The position numbers were made by a program, and so were the translations under genes. A stretch of 62,067 nt of DNA, counting the filler, from Thermodesulfobacteriota bacterium (lineage in GTDB: Bacteria > DASVDK01), in NCBI GenBank assembly GCA_036381125.1. It is 5 parts of 5 records of this genome, joined end to end, with 100 filler letters (N's around TTAATTAATTAA, not from the genome) between each part and the next. Parts side by side here need not be neighbours in the genome. Positions count along the whole stretch, not along the records: positions 38,871 to 58,419 come from DASVDK010000056.1; 4 more parts are not named here. One strand, 5' to 3'. The notes beneath the pieces were generated by a model that was not told the DNA's origin, did not search any database, and saw nothing but the letters and a program-made list of their open reading frames with translations. The first letter of the stretch is position 1, and every line of letters starts with the position of its first letter. Positions 44,549 through 54,987 of this stretch are shown one piece after another.

Positions 44549-45271
44549 ATGGCGCTCGACCTCTCCGTCATCTGGCGCAACCTGCCCTTCCTCATCGAGC
44601 AGGGCCTGCTCGGCATCGGCGCCTTCGGCGGGGGGACGCTGGCCCTCGCCGTGCCGACCATCGTGCTCGCCACGATCGTCGGGGTCTTCGTCGCGCTGGC
44701 GCGGCTCTCCCGCCTCGCGGTCTTCCGCGTGCCGGCGACCGCCTACGTGCAGCTCATCCGCGGCGTGCCGCTCGTCATGGTGGTCTTCTGGTTCTGGATC
44801 TTCATTCCGATCGCCGCCGGTGTTACCATCCCGACCTACTCGGTGGCGCTCGTCGCCTTCGTGACCTTCGAGGCGGCCTACATCGGGGAGATCATCCGGG
44901 CCGGCATCCAGTCGGTGCCGCGCGGCCAGGTCGAGGCGGCCCGCGCGACGGCGCTCGGCTACCGGGACACCATGCGGTTCGTCGTGCTGCCCCAGGCGTT
45001 CCGCAACATGCTGCCGTCGCTCGTGACCCAGTTCGTCATCCTCTTCAAGGACACGTCGCTCGCGTCGATCATCGGCTACATGGACCTCACCAAGGCAGCC
45101 CAGACGGTGAACAACCGGGAGTTCCGCCCGTTCGAGCTGTACCTCTTCATCGCGGTCGTCTACTTCGTCTTCGCCTACGGCCTCTCCCTCTCGGCCCGGA
45201 GGCTCGAGCGCCGGATGGCGGCGGGGCGGCGGACGCTGGCCACGGCCGCGTTCCGCTCGGCCGGCGCCTGA
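44549..45271 (+). CDS. Amino acid ABC transporter permease (GltK-like)
   Basis: IRGVPL, EIIRAGIQSVPRGQVEAA, LFKDTSLASII. Confidence 0.92.
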   Translation: MALDLSVIWRNLPFLIEQGLLGIGAFGGGTLALAVPTIVLATIVGVFVALARLSRLAVFRVPATAYVQLIRGVPLVMVVFWFWIFIPIAAGVTIPTYSVALVAFVTFEAAYIGEIIRAGIQSVPRGQVEAARATALGYRDTMRFVVLPQAFRNMLPSLVTQFVILFKDTSLASIIGYMDLTKAAQTVNNREFRPFELYLFIAVVYFVFAYGLSLSARRLERRMAAGRRTLATAAFRSAGA

Positions 45272-46260
45272 TGCCAGGTCCGGCACGAGGCGGCGGCGCG
45301 TCGAGGCGGGCGGCGCTCGCGTCGGCGGTCGTCCTGGCGGGGGTGCTGGCGAGCGCCCTGCCGGCCGCCGGGCTCACCTTCTTCGCCATCGCCACGGGGG
45401 GCACCGGCGGCACCTACTATCCGCTCGGCGGCATGCTGGCCCAGCTCCTCTCGAACCAGGTGAAGGACCTCGTGGCCACGGCGCAGGCGGGCAACGCGTC
45501 GGTGGCGAACATCCTGCTCGTCGGCCGGGGCGAGATCGAGAGCGCCTTCGCGCAGAACGACGTCGCCTACTGGGCCTACACCGGCACCGGCCTCGAGCCG
45601 TTCCGCGGCAGGCCGGTCGGGAACATCCGGCACGTCGCGAGCCTCTACCCCGAGCACGTCCAGCTGGTGGCCACGCGGGCCTCCGGCATCCGGTCGGTCC
45701 GCGACCTCGCCGGCCGGCGCGTGGTCCTCGGCGCGCGCGGCAGCGGGAACGTGGTCGAGGCCGAGGCGATCCTCGAGGCGTACGGGATGTCGCCGAGCGA
45801 CCTCGAGGCCGTCTACGCCGGACACTCCGAAGGGGTCTCGCGCATCGAGGACGGGCAGGCCGACGCCATGTTCGTCGTCGCGGGCTTCCCGACCGCCGCC
45901 CTCGTCGACCTCGCCGCCGGCACCGACGTCGTGATCGTCCCGCTCGACGACGACGCCGTCCGCCGGCTCGCGGCGCGGTCGAGGTTCTTCACGCCGGCCG
46001 TCGTGCCGGCCGGCACCTACCGGGGCCAGACGCAGGACGTGAGGACGGTGGCCGTCATGGCCACCTGGATCGTCGACGAGCGGGTCCCCGCCGACCTGGT
46101 CTACGAGATGACGAAGGCGCTCTGGGCGAAGCGGGACGTCCTCGAGGCCGTCCACCCCAAGGGGCGCGAGGTCCGGCTCGAGACGGCGCTTGCCGGCATG
46201 GCGATCCCGCCCCACCCCGGCGCCGAGCGGTACTACCGCGAACGGGGCCTGCTGCCGTGA
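45271..46260 (+). CDS. TAXI family TRAP transporter solute receptor
   Basis: IATGGTGGTYYPLGG, ASVAN, LYPE.VQLV, PHPGAERYY.E.G. Confidence 0.93.
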   Translation: MPGPARGGGASRRAALASAVVLAGVLASALPAAGLTFFAIATGGTGGTYYPLGGMLAQLLSNQVKDLVATAQAGNASVANILLVGRGEIESAFAQNDVAYWAYTGTGLEPFRGRPVGNIRHVASLYPEHVQLVATRASGIRSVRDLAGRRVVLGARGSGNVVEAEAILEAYGMSPSDLEAVYAGHSEGVSRIEDGQADAMFVVAGFPTAALVDLAAGTDVVIVPLDDDAVRRLAARSRFFTPAVVPAGTYRGQTQDVRTVAVMATWIVDERVPADLVYEMTKALWAKRDVLEAVHPKGREVRLETALAGMAIPPHPGAERYYRERGLLP

Positions 46261-46739
46261 GCCGGCTCGCCCTGCTGGCGGCCTGCCTGCTGCTCGGCGC
46301 CTGCACCCCCTCCCCCCCGATCGTGCTCGAGGTCGGCTCGCCGTCGGGCGACGTCGTCTACGCCCGCCGCGCGGTGGAGCCGGGCGACAGGGTGATCTAC
46401 CGGTTCGTCCACTCGGTGTCGCGGACGCCGGTCGAGGAGACCTGGGAGGTCGTGAACGGGCCCTCGGGCGCGGGGCTGCGGCTGCGCCGGATCGTCTACC
46501 AGGCCAGCGGCGCGGGGTTGCCGTCGAGCCCCGAGGCGCCCGGCGCCACCTTCGAGCGCACGGCCGACGGCTTCGTCGTCGACGGGCTCGACCGGGCCAT
46601 CGGCCTGCCGCTCGACCTGCGCGTCACGCCCGCCGCCGAGAACGCCATCACGGTCGGCGGCGAGACGATCGACCTCACCCGGCTGCGAGGCCCCTCCCCG
46701 GGCGCCCCGGTGTCACTCGTCCGGCTCACACTGGGCTAA
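46257..46739 (+). CDS. DUF1850 family protein (lipoprotein-like)
   Basis: FVHSVSRTPVEETW, YQASGAGLPS; typical neighbour of TAXI receptors. Confidence 0.82.
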   Translation: MSRLALLAACLLLGACTPSPPIVLEVGSPSGDVVYARRAVEPGDRVIYRFVHSVSRTPVEETWEVVNGPSGAGLRLRRIVYQASGAGLPSSPEAPGATFERTADGFVVDGLDRAIGLPLDLRVTPAAENAITVGGETIDLTRLRGPSPGAPVSLVRLTLG

Positions 46740-46762
46740 AGGGCCGCGACAGGGGCACGGCC

Positions 46763-47062
46763 CTACGGCACGGCGGGAACGACCGCGAAGTTGAGCACAT
46801 TCCCGCCGGCGACGAGCGGGGGGTTCAGCTTCGTCGCCGCCCCCGGCGCCGCCAGCTCCACCATGTACAGCTCGGCGGTGGTGTCGGTGTCCTGGTCGGC
46901 GCGGTAGACGACCCGCCGCGCCGGCTCCAGCGTCGCGCCGCCGCCGCCACCACCCCCGCCCCCGCCGCCGCAGGCCGCCAGCCCCGCCGCCACCAGCCCC
47001 AGCGCAGCGGCCGCCCAGGACCAGATTCGCCTTCCCGCGCCCGGCTCGATTCGCGGCTGCAT
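46763..47062 (-). CDS. Small lipoprotein with poly-Gly linker and one beta-propeller-like repeat
   Basis: GGGGAGAG RBS, lipobox LAAC, G11, then VVYRADQDTDTTAELYMVELAAPGAATKLNPPLVAGGNV..F. Confidence 0.65.
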   Translation of the reverse strand: MQPRIEPGAGRRIWSWAAAALGLVAAGLAACGGGGGGGGGGGATLEPARRVVYRADQDTDTTAELYMVELAAPGAATKLNPPLVAGGNVLNFAVVPAVP

Positions 47063-47380
47063 CTCTCCCCTCCCCCTCCGGCCCCCTCCCGGCCGATCCC
47101 GTGCTTCCACGACTCCCGGTTGCCGGCCATGGCACACGGCCCTGCCGGCCGCGCCCGGCCGGGCCCGCCATCGCCGCGCTCCTGATTGGCTCCATGCGGT
47201 GATGGCGGCCCGAGGCGCCCCGCCGCTCGGGCCGGAGGGCCTCGGTCGGTAGGGTCGAGCGCCCTATCGGTCGGTCGTCAACCGATACAGGCGATACAGG
47301 AACAGCAAGCATGCGATGAAAAGGGAGTCAAGGTAGAAGTTGGGCGCCGCGCGCACGCGGCGCGGGCGGCGATCCCCCGC

Positions 47381-47409
47381 TTGACTTGCTCGCCCGACTC
47401 CCGTAGGTT
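47381..47409 (+). promoter_or_regulatory. Sigma70-like promoter upstream of uvrA
   Basis: TTGACT-17 nt-TAGGTT. Confidence 0.55.
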
Positions 47410-47531
47410 CCCCCCGCTCGGGGCGCCAGGCTTCGCGGCCAGGAGGGCCGGCGCACCCGGCTGCATTGCGCGGCCCCGGGGCCCGAGCTACCCTGAGGGG
47501 CTTCCTTTTCGCGGAGTTACACCTACCCTAC

Positions 47532-50402
47532 ATGCTCGACGCCATCACGATCCGCGGGGCCCGCCAGCACAACCTCAAGGGCTTCGACCTCGCGATCCCC
47601 CACAGGCGGCTCGTGGTCGTGACCGGCGTGTCTGGCTCCGGGAAGTCCTCGCTCGCCTTCGACACGATCTACGCCGAGGGGCAGCGCCGCTACGTGGAGA
47701 GCCTCTCCACCTACGCGCGCCAGTTCCTCGACCGGATGGACAAGCCGGACGTCGAGTCGATCGACGGCATCGCGCCGGCCATCGCCATCGAGCAGAAGAA
47801 CCCGGTCAAGCACTCGCGCTCGACGGTCGGCACGGCGACCGAGATCGCCACCTACCTGCGACTCCTCTACGCCAAGATCGGGCGCATCGTCTGCCCCGAC
47901 TGCGACCGACCGGTCGCCGCCGACACGGTCCGGAGCGCCACCGACGCGCTCCTCGCCGAGGCGGCCGGCGCGCGCGTCCTCGTCGCCTTCGAGAAGCCGC
48001 GATTGAAGAAGGAGACCTGGGCGCAGTGGGCGGCGGCCCGCGTGGCGCAGGGCTACCTGCGCGTCGTCCTCGACGGCGAGCCGGTCGACCTCGGCGACGC
48101 GGGCGCCCTCGAGCGGATCGAGGCGGCGAGGACCCGCCTGGTCGTCGCCGACCGCCTGGTGGTCGGGCCAGAGGCGCAGGGACGCCTCGCCGAGGCGCTC
48201 GAGGCCGCGTTCCGCGAAGGCCTCGGCGCGGCCACCGCCGTCGTCCTCGGCGAGGGGCCCCCGCGGCTGCGCCGCTTCTCGACGCGCCACGGCTGCCCGG
48301 GGTGCGGGCGCACGTTCGAGGCGCCGACTCCGCTCCTCTTCTCCTTCAACTCCCCGCGCGGCGCCTGCCCCACGTGCAAGGGGTTCGGCTCGACCCTCGA
48401 CTACGACATGAACCGGATCGTCCCCGACCGGACCAAGAGCCTCAAGTTCGGGGCGATCGATCCCTGGACCAAGCCGTCCAACGACTGGTGGCAGAAGGAG
48501 CTGCCGGCCTTCTGCAAGCGCGCCGGCATCGACGCGTCGAAGCCGTTCACGGCGCTCACGGCCGAGGAGGTCGCGAAGCTCAGGGCGGGCGACCGGAAGT
48601 TCCCCGGGCTCGACGGGTTCTTCGCGTACCTCGAGCGGAAGAAGTACAAGATGCACGTCCGGGTCTTCATGTCCCGGTACAAGGCGGCCGTCACCTGCGC
48701 CGACTGCGGCGGCACGCGGCTTCGGCCCGAGGCGCGGCTCGCGAAGGTGGCCGGCCGGGACATCGCCGAGGTTTCCACCCTCACGGTGGCCGAGGCGCGG
48801 CAGTGGTTCGCGGCGCTCCCCCTGACCCCCTTCGAGGCCGAGGTGGCCCGCGACGTGCTGCGGCAGATCACGAGCCGGCTCGACTTCCTGGCGGAGGTCG
48901 GGCTCGACTACCTCACGCTCGACCGCCAGACGCGCACCCTCTCGGGCGGCGAGGCGCAGCGGATCAACCTCGCCAACCAGCTCGGCGCCGCCCTGACCGG
49001 GACGCTCTACGTCCTCGACGAGCCGTCGGTGGGGCTCCATCCCCGCGACACGCAGAAGCTCGTCGGCATCCTCCGCAAGCTCGCCGACGCCGGCAACAGC
49101 GTCCTGGTCGTCGAGCACGACCGGGAGGTGATCGAGGCGGCCGACCACGTCGTGGAGCTGGGCCCCCGGTCGGGCGAGGCGGGCGGCGAGGTCGTCTTCT
49201 CCGGGTCCGGCGCGGCCTTCCGCGGCGACCCGCACGCGCTCACGTCGAAGTACCTCAGAGGGGAGCTGTCGGTCCCGCTGCCGCGGCGCCGGCGCGACGT
49301 CGACGGGCCGCGGATCATCCTCTCCGGCGCCCGGGCGCACAACCTCAAGGGGATCACCGTCGAGGTGCCGCTCGGGACGCTCACCGCCGTCACCGGCGTG
49401 TCGGGCTCCGGCAAGAGCACCCTCGTCCACGACACCCTCTGGGCGGCGGTGGACCGCCTGGTGAACGGCGCGCGCGCCCACCGGGCCGCCGCCGAGGGGG
49501 AGGAGAACGGCGAGGCCGCGGCGCCGGCGACCGTCGGGGCGTTCGACCGGCTCTCCGGCGTCGAGCGGCTCCGGGGGGCGGTCATGGTCGACCAGAGCCC
49601 CATCGGCCGCACGCCGCGGAGCAACCCGGCCACCTACATCAAGGTGTGGGACGAGATCCGCAAGGTGTTCGCCGGCACCGCGGAGGCGCGCCGGCTCGGC
49701 CTCACGGCGGGGCACTTCTCCTTCAACGTCCCGGGCGGCCGCTGCCCCACGTGCGAGGGGGCCGGCTACCAGACCATCGAGATGCACTTCCTCGCCGACG
49801 TCTACGTCACCTGCGAGGGCTGCCGCGGCCGCCGCTTCGGCGAGACGGCGCTCGCCGCCCGCTACCGCGGCCGGAGCATCGCCGACGTCCTCGGCATGAC
49901 GGTCTCCGAGGCGGCGCGTCTCTTCGCCGACCAGGCGGCGATCGCCCGCAAGCTGCGGGTGCTGGTGGACGTGGGGCTCGGCTACCTGCGGCTCGGGCAG
50001 GCCGCCACGACCCTCTCGGGGGGCGAGGCGCAGCGCCTCAAGCTCGCCCGCGAGCTGGCGGCGGCCGAGTCGGGCGAGACCGACCGCGTGCTGTACGTCA
50101 TGGACGAGCCGACGACCGGCCTGCACCTCGACGACGTCGCCCGCCTCGTCGGCGTGATGCAGGCCCTCGTCGACCGCGGGCACACGGTGCTCGTCGTCGA
50201 GCACCACCCGGACGTCATCAAGGCGGCCGACTGGGTGATCGACCTCGGACCGGAGGGGGGCGACCGCGGCGGCGAGGTCGTCGCGGTCGGGTCGCCCGAG
50301 GAGATCGCGGCCAACCCGAGGTCCCACACCGGGCGCGCGCTGCGCCCCTACCTGACCGGCCCCGACGGCGGGGCCGCGTTGACCGGCCGGATGCGGGCGT
50401 GA
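47532..50402 (+). CDS. uvrA: Excinuclease ABC subunit A
   Basis: GARQHNLK, two GVSGSGKS Walker A motifs, [21 protein letters not shown], two LSGGEAQR. Confidence 0.96.
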   Translation: MLDAITIRGARQHNLKGFDLAIPHRRLVVVTGVSGSGKSSLAFDTIYAEGQRRYVESLSTYARQFLDRMDKPDVESIDGIAPAIAIEQKNPVKHSRSTVGTATEIATYLRLLYAKIGRIVCPDCDRPVAADTVRSATDALLAEAAGARVLVAFEKPRLKKETWAQWAAARVAQGYLRVVLDGEPVDLGDAGALERIEAARTRLVVADRLVVGPEAQGRLAEALEAAFREGLGAATAVVLGEGPPRLRRFSTRHGCPGCGRTFEAPTPLLFSFNSPRGACPTCKGFGSTLDYDMNRIVPDRTKSLKFGAIDPWTKPSNDWWQKELPAFCKRAGIDASKPFTALTAEEVAKLRAGDRKFPGLDGFFAYLERKKYKMHVRVFMSRYKAAVTCADCGGTRLRPEARLAKVAGRDIAEVSTLTVAEARQWFAALPLTPFEAEVARDVLRQITSRLDFLAEVGLDYLTLDRQTRTLSGGEAQRINLANQLGAALTGTLYVLDEPSVGLHPRDTQKLVGILRKLADAGNSVLVVEHDREVIEAADHVVELGPRSGEAGGEVVFSGSGAAFRGDPHALTSKYLRGELSVPLPRRRRDVDGPRIILSGARAHNLKGITVEVPLGTLTAVTGVSGSGKSTLVHDTLWAAVDRLVNGARAHRAAAEGEENGEAAAPATVGAFDRLSGVERLRGAVMVDQSPIGRTPRSNPATYIKVWDEIRKVFAGTAEARRLGLTAGHFSFNVPGGRCPTCEGAGYQTIEMHFLADVYVTCEGCRGRRFGETALAARYRGRSIADVLGMTVSEAARLFADQAAIARKLRVLVDVGLGYLRLGQAATTLSGGEAQRLKLARELAAAESGETDRVLYVMDEPTTGLHLDDVARLVGVMQALVDRGHTVLVVEHHPDVIKAADWVIDLGPEGGDRGGEVVAVGSPEEIAANPRSHTGRALRPYLTGPDGGAALTGRMRA

Positions 50403-50409
50403 GGTGGAC

Positions 50410-51375
50410 ATGAGCGAGCGGAACGGCAGGGAGGGGCAGGTCACGATCGACAGCAAGGCGACGATCGCGCGCCTCGTCGGCGCCGTCGAGCGGGTCATCG
50501 TCGGCAAGCCGGACGTGGTGCGGCTGGCGATCGTCACGCTGCTCGCCCGGGGGCACCTGCTGATCGAGGACGTCCCGGGGGTCGGCAAGACGACGCTCGC
50601 GCAGACGCTCGCCCGCGCCGTGGGGGGAAGCTTCTCGCGCATCCAGTTCACGAACGACCTCCTGCCGGCCGACATCCTCGGCGTGGCCGTCTACCAGCGC
50701 GACAGCGGCGCCTTCGTCTTCCGGCCCGGGCCGATCTTCGCGAACGTCGTGCTCGCGGACGAGATCAACCGCACGACGCCGAAGACCCAGTCGTGCCTCC
50801 TCGAGGCGATGAACGAGCGGCAGGTCTCCATCGACGGCGAGACGCGCCCCCTCCCGTCGCCCTTCTTCGTCGTGGCAACGCAGAACCCGCTCGAGCACCA
50901 GGGCACGTTCCCGCTGCCCGAGAGCCAGCTCGACCGGTTCCTCATGCGGATCCGCGTCGGCTACCCGTCGCCCAGGGACGAGCGGCGCATCCTCGCCGGC
51001 GATCGCCTCGCCGATCCCTCCGAGATCTCCCCGGTCGTCACGCCGGCGGAGCTCGCCGCGCTGCAGGACGCCGTCGAGACGGTCCTCGTCGAGGAGCCGG
51101 TCCGCGACTACCTCATGGCGATCGTCGGCGGGACGCGCCGCGGCGGCACGTTCGCGCTCGGCGCCTCCCCCCGCGCGGCGCTGGCCTTCCAGCGGGCGGC
51201 CCAGGCGGCCGCCCTCGTCGACGGCCGGCGGTACGTCGTGCCGGACGACCTGAAGACGCTGGCCGTGCCCGTCCTCGCCCACCGCGTGCAGCTCGCCGGG
51301 TCGCCCGGGGCCGGCCGAGCCGAGGCCGAGGGGGCCGTGGCCGAGCTGCTCGACCGGATCGTGGTGCCGGCCTGA
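50410..51375 (+). CDS. MoxR family AAA+ ATPase
   Basis: LIEDVPGVGKT, RIQFT.DLLPAD, LADEINR, ATQNP.E..GTFPLPESQLDRF. Confidence 0.95.
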   Translation: MSERNGREGQVTIDSKATIARLVGAVERVIVGKPDVVRLAIVTLLARGHLLIEDVPGVGKTTLAQTLARAVGGSFSRIQFTNDLLPADILGVAVYQRDSGAFVFRPGPIFANVVLADEINRTTPKTQSCLLEAMNERQVSIDGETRPLPSPFFVVATQNPLEHQGTFPLPESQLDRFLMRIRVGYPSPRDERRILAGDRLADPSEISPVVTPAELAALQDAVETVLVEEPVRDYLMAIVGGTRRGGTFALGASPRAALAFQRAAQAAALVDGRRYVVPDDLKTLAVPVLAHRVQLAGSPGAGRAEAEGAVAELLDRIVVPA

Positions 51376-51383
51376 CGGCGGCG

Positions 51384-52523
51384 ATGCGCCAGGTCGCGCG
51401 CCTCTGGCGGCGTGTCTTCAGGTTCGCCGTCCGGCTGGTCAAGCCGCCGCGGACGATCAGGTTCACGCGGGACGGCGTCAAGTTCGTCGTCGTCGCCCTC
51501 GCCATCGGCGTGGCCGCCATCAACACCGGCAACAACCTGCTCTACCTCGTCCTGGCCATGATGCTGTCGTTCATCATCCTCTCCGGCGTCCTGTCGGAGG
51601 TGACGATGCGGGGCGTCACGGTCTCGCGCGAGGTCCCGACCACGGCGGTGGCGGGCCAGCCGGTGGCGGTCCGCGTGGGGCTCACCAACGGCAAACGCTG
51701 GGCTCCCTCCTTCTCGCTCGCCGTCCACGACCTCCTCGCGCGCGGCGGCCGGCGCGCCGCGCGCGCCCCGGCGCCCGAGGGGCCGCCGCGCACGTACTTC
51801 CTCAGGGTCGCGCCCGGCGAGACGGTCTGGCGGCACTACACCTACACGTTCGCGCGCCGTGGGCGGACGCGCTTCGCCGGCTTCCGCCTGGCCACGCGCT
51901 ACCCGTTCGGGCTCTTCCTCAAGTCGGGCGTCGTCGGAGGCCCCGGCGAGGTGATCGTGCTGCCGCCCGTCGACCCCATCGCGGCGCCCCCGTCCGGCGA
52001 GTCGCAGACGGCCGGCGACCGGCCGGTCTCCCGGCGGGGCCACGGGTCGACCCCCTCGGGGCTCAGGGAGTACCGGCCGGGTGACGAGCCCCGCACGATC
52101 CACTGGCGGCGCTCGGCGGCGCTCGGCGACCTCGTCGTGCGCGAGTTCGACCGCGACGACCGCGACCGGGTGCTCGTGGCCCTGGCGACGGTGTTCCCCC
52201 CCGGCGCCCGGGGCCGGCCTCGCTTCGAGGAGCGCTTCGAGGCGGCCGTCCGCCGCGCCGCGTCGCTCGCGGCGCACTACCTCGAGCGGGGCTACGAGGT
52301 CGAGCTGCGCACCGGCGGCGGCGCGGTGCCGCTCGGCACCGGCGCCCGGCAGCGGCAGGCGATTCTCACGACGCTCGCGCTCGTCGAGCCGACGTTCGCC
52401 CGCACGGCGCCGCTCCCCCCGGCCGGGGCCGGCATGCTGCCGGTGCTCGTCACCCCCGACGCGTCGCTCCACGCGGCCGAGGAGCTGGCCGCGTACCGGC
52501 ACGTCGAGACCCCGAGCCTGTAG
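51384..52523 (+). CDS. DUF58 domain protein
   Basis: AAINTGNNLLYL, YPFGLF, LREYRPGD.PR.IHWRRSA, VREF. Confidence 0.92.
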   Translation: MRQVARLWRRVFRFAVRLVKPPRTIRFTRDGVKFVVVALAIGVAAINTGNNLLYLVLAMMLSFIILSGVLSEVTMRGVTVSREVPTTAVAGQPVAVRVGLTNGKRWAPSFSLAVHDLLARGGRRAARAPAPEGPPRTYFLRVAPGETVWRHYTYTFARRGRTRFAGFRLATRYPFGLFLKSGVVGGPGEVIVLPPVDPIAAPPSGESQTAGDRPVSRRGHGSTPSGLREYRPGDEPRTIHWRRSAALGDLVVREFDRDDRDRVLVALATVFPPGARGRPRFEERFEAAVRRAASLAAHYLERGYEVELRTGGGAVPLGTGARQRQAILTTLALVEPTFARTAPLPPAGAGMLPVLVTPDASLHAAEELAAYRHVETPSL

Positions 52524-52544
52524 GGACGGCGGGAGGCTCCGGTC

Positions 52545-54722
52545 GTGAACTTCGAGTTCGGCTTCCGCCTCGCCTCGTACGGCCTCGTCGGCCTGGGCTT
52601 CCTCGCGCTGGCCATCTCGAGCGAGACCTCCCTCGCGGTCGCCTCGGCCGGCTTCGTCGCGCTGCCGATCGCGTTCTGGGTGGTCGGGCGGCCGGGCGCG
52701 CCGGCCGCGTCGCGCCTCGCGGCGGTCCCGCCGCGCGTCTGGACCATCGTGACGCTCGTCGTGGCCGCGCTCGCCGCCGCCAACGTGGTGCTGCTCGGCG
52801 AGGAGCCGGTCGTCGCCATCGTCGAGCTCCTGGTCGCGGTCCAGCTCGTCAAGCTCCTCTCGATCCGGAGCAGCCGGGACTACTTCCAGCTCTACGCGGT
52901 CTCCTTCTTCCAGCTCCTCGCCTCGGCGACCCTCTCGGACTCGATCGGGTTCGCGGCGACGTTCCTCCTGTACATGCTCCTGGCCACCTGGACGCTCCTC
53001 GCGTTCCACCTCCGGGAGGAGATGACCGCCGAGCCGGCCGGCGACACCTGGGCGCTGCGGCGGCTCTTCACCGCCCGCTTCGCCGCCGCGACGACGCTCC
53101 TGGCCGTCGGCACGCTCGCGGTCACGCTCGCGATCTTCTTCGCGATCCCGCGCGTCGGGCGAGGGTTCCTCCAACGGGCGGCCGCCGACCCGGTGAAGCT
53201 CTCCGGGTTCGCCGACACGGTGCAGCTCGGCGAGGTGGGCGAGATCAAGACCGACGAGACGGTGGTCATGCGCGTGCGCGCGCCGGGCCCCGACGAGCTG
53301 AGCCAGCCGATCCGCTTCTGGCGGGGCAGCGCCTTCGACCGGTACGACGGCCGCGCCTGGAGCCGGTCGGTGGTCGACAAGCGGCAGGTCATCGCCGAGC
53401 CGGGCGGGCGGATCGTGCTCGACCGGGAGCCGCCGCGCGGTCAGCTCATCGAGCAGGCGGTGCTCCTCGAGCCGATCGACGCGCCGGTCCTCTTCACGGC
53501 CGGCCGCCCGCTCACCGTCCAGGCCGTCACCGTCGGCTGGCGCGGCCTGCCGTTCGTCTACCGGGACGGGATGGGGAGCCTCACGGCGCCCTGGAAGCCC
53601 TACGGCCGCATCGAGTACGTCGTCACGGCGGACCTCGCGAGCCCTCCGGTCGAGGCGCTCCGGCGCGCCGGCACCGACTATCCCGCCGGCCTCGCGCGCT
53701 ACCTCGACCTGCCGCCGCTCGACCCGCGCGTGGCCGAGCTGGCCGCCCGGATCACCGAGGGCGCCGCGACGCCGTTCGACCGCGCGCGGGCGATCGAGGC
53801 GCACCTGCGCACCGAGTACGAGTACTCGCTCGACGTGAGGCCGACGCCGGGCGTGCCGCCGCTCGAGGACTTCCTCTTCACGACGAGGCGGGGGCACTGC
53901 GAGTACTCGGCCACCGCCATGGCGATCCTCCTGCGCACGCTCGGCATCCCGTCGCGCATGGTGTCGGGCTTCCTGCGCGGCGAGTGGAACGAGTACGGCC
54001 GCTACTACCTGGTGCGCCAGGCGGAGGCGCACACCTGGGTGGAGGCCTTCTTCCCCGGTCACGGGTGGGTGGCCTTCGACCCGACCCCGCCGGCCGGCAC
54101 CGGCCTGACCGGCCGCGGGGCGCTGTCGGCGCTCGGCCGCTACCTGGACGCGGTACGGGCCCGCTGGAACCGCTACATCGTCGGCTACTCGCTCGCCGAT
54201 CAGCTCTCCGCGGCTCGCAGCGTGCGAGGCGGCACGCGCGCCCTCGCCGCGCGCGTCCGCCGGGCCTTCGGGGACGCCGCCGACCGCGTGGCGGCCGGCG
54301 CGCGCTGGATCCGGAACCTCGAGGTGCCGGCAGCGGTGGCGATCCCGTGCCTGGCGGTCCTCGTGCTCCTCGTCCTGCGCGGGCGCGCCCTGGTGCGCGG
54401 CACGGCCATGGGGGCCTACCTGGAGCGGCGGCGGCTCAACCGGGAGATCCTCAAGCTCTACGCCCGGGCCACGGCGGCGGCCGCCGAGCGCGGCGTGCCA
54501 CGGGGCCCCTCCCAGACCGCCCGGGAGCACGCCGGCCTCGCGCGGGCGCGCGGCCTCGCCGGCGCCGACGGGCTCGAGTCGCTGGCCCGCCTCTACGAAG
54601 CGGTCCGCTTCGGCCGACATCGCGCGAGCCGCGCGGACGTCGACCGGGCGCGGGCGGCCATCGAGGCGATCGGGGCTCCTCGGCGCGGCGCGAAGGTGGC
54701 GGCCGGAAGGGACGCGCGCTAG
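52545..54722 (+). CDS. TgpA-like transglutaminase (DUF3488 + TGase + DUF4129)
   Basis: N-terminal TM helices; catalytic triad GHCEY / AHTWVE / FDPTP. Confidence 0.93.
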   Translation: MNFEFGFRLASYGLVGLGFLALAISSETSLAVASAGFVALPIAFWVVGRPGAPAASRLAAVPPRVWTIVTLVVAALAAANVVLLGEEPVVAIVELLVAVQLVKLLSIRSSRDYFQLYAVSFFQLLASATLSDSIGFAATFLLYMLLATWTLLAFHLREEMTAEPAGDTWALRRLFTARFAAATTLLAVGTLAVTLAIFFAIPRVGRGFLQRAAADPVKLSGFADTVQLGEVGEIKTDETVVMRVRAPGPDELSQPIRFWRGSAFDRYDGRAWSRSVVDKRQVIAEPGGRIVLDREPPRGQLIEQAVLLEPIDAPVLFTAGRPLTVQAVTVGWRGLPFVYRDGMGSLTAPWKPYGRIEYVVTADLASPPVEALRRAGTDYPAGLARYLDLPPLDPRVAELAARITEGAATPFDRARAIEAHLRTEYEYSLDVRPTPGVPPLEDFLFTTRRGHCEYSATAMAILLRTLGIPSRMVSGFLRGEWNEYGRYYLVRQAEAHTWVEAFFPGHGWVAFDPTPPAGTGLTGRGALSALGRYLDAVRARWNRYIVGYSLADQLSAARSVRGGTRALAARVRRAFGDAADRVAAGARWIRNLEVPAAVAIPCLAVLVLLVLRGRALVRGTAMGAYLERRRLNREILKLYARATAAAAERGVPRGPSQTAREHAGLARARGLAGADGLESLARLYEAVRFGRHRASRADVDRARAAIEAIGAPRRGAKVAAGRDAR

Positions 54723-54732
54723 ACTCGCGGCC

Positions 54733-54984
54733 ATGAGCGATCAGAGCATCTTCGACCGCGCGGACGCCGAGTTCCGGAAAGCCGCGGACCGGATCACCGA
54801 GTCCCTGAAGGGGCTCTTCCCGCCCGCGGTCACCGAGCACCTCTCGAACTCGCAGCGCGAGTTCCTCCTCGCGCTCCGATCCTTTGCCGACGCCGCGCTC
54901 GCGCGCACGGAGGCGGGCATCCGCGAGGCGCGCGACCGGGTCAAGCCGAAGGCGGACGAGGCCGGGACCCCCCCGGCCGCGTAG
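54733..54984 (+). CDS. Small helical hypothetical protein (83 aa)
   Basis: Amphipathic sequence (HLSNSQREFLLALRSF.D); TAGACT 7 nt upstream of the ATG. Confidence 0.7.
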   Translation: MSDQSIFDRADAEFRKAADRITESLKGLFPPAVTEHLSNSQREFLLALRSFADAALARTEAGIREARDRVKPKADEAGTPPAA

Positions 54985-54987
54985 GCG

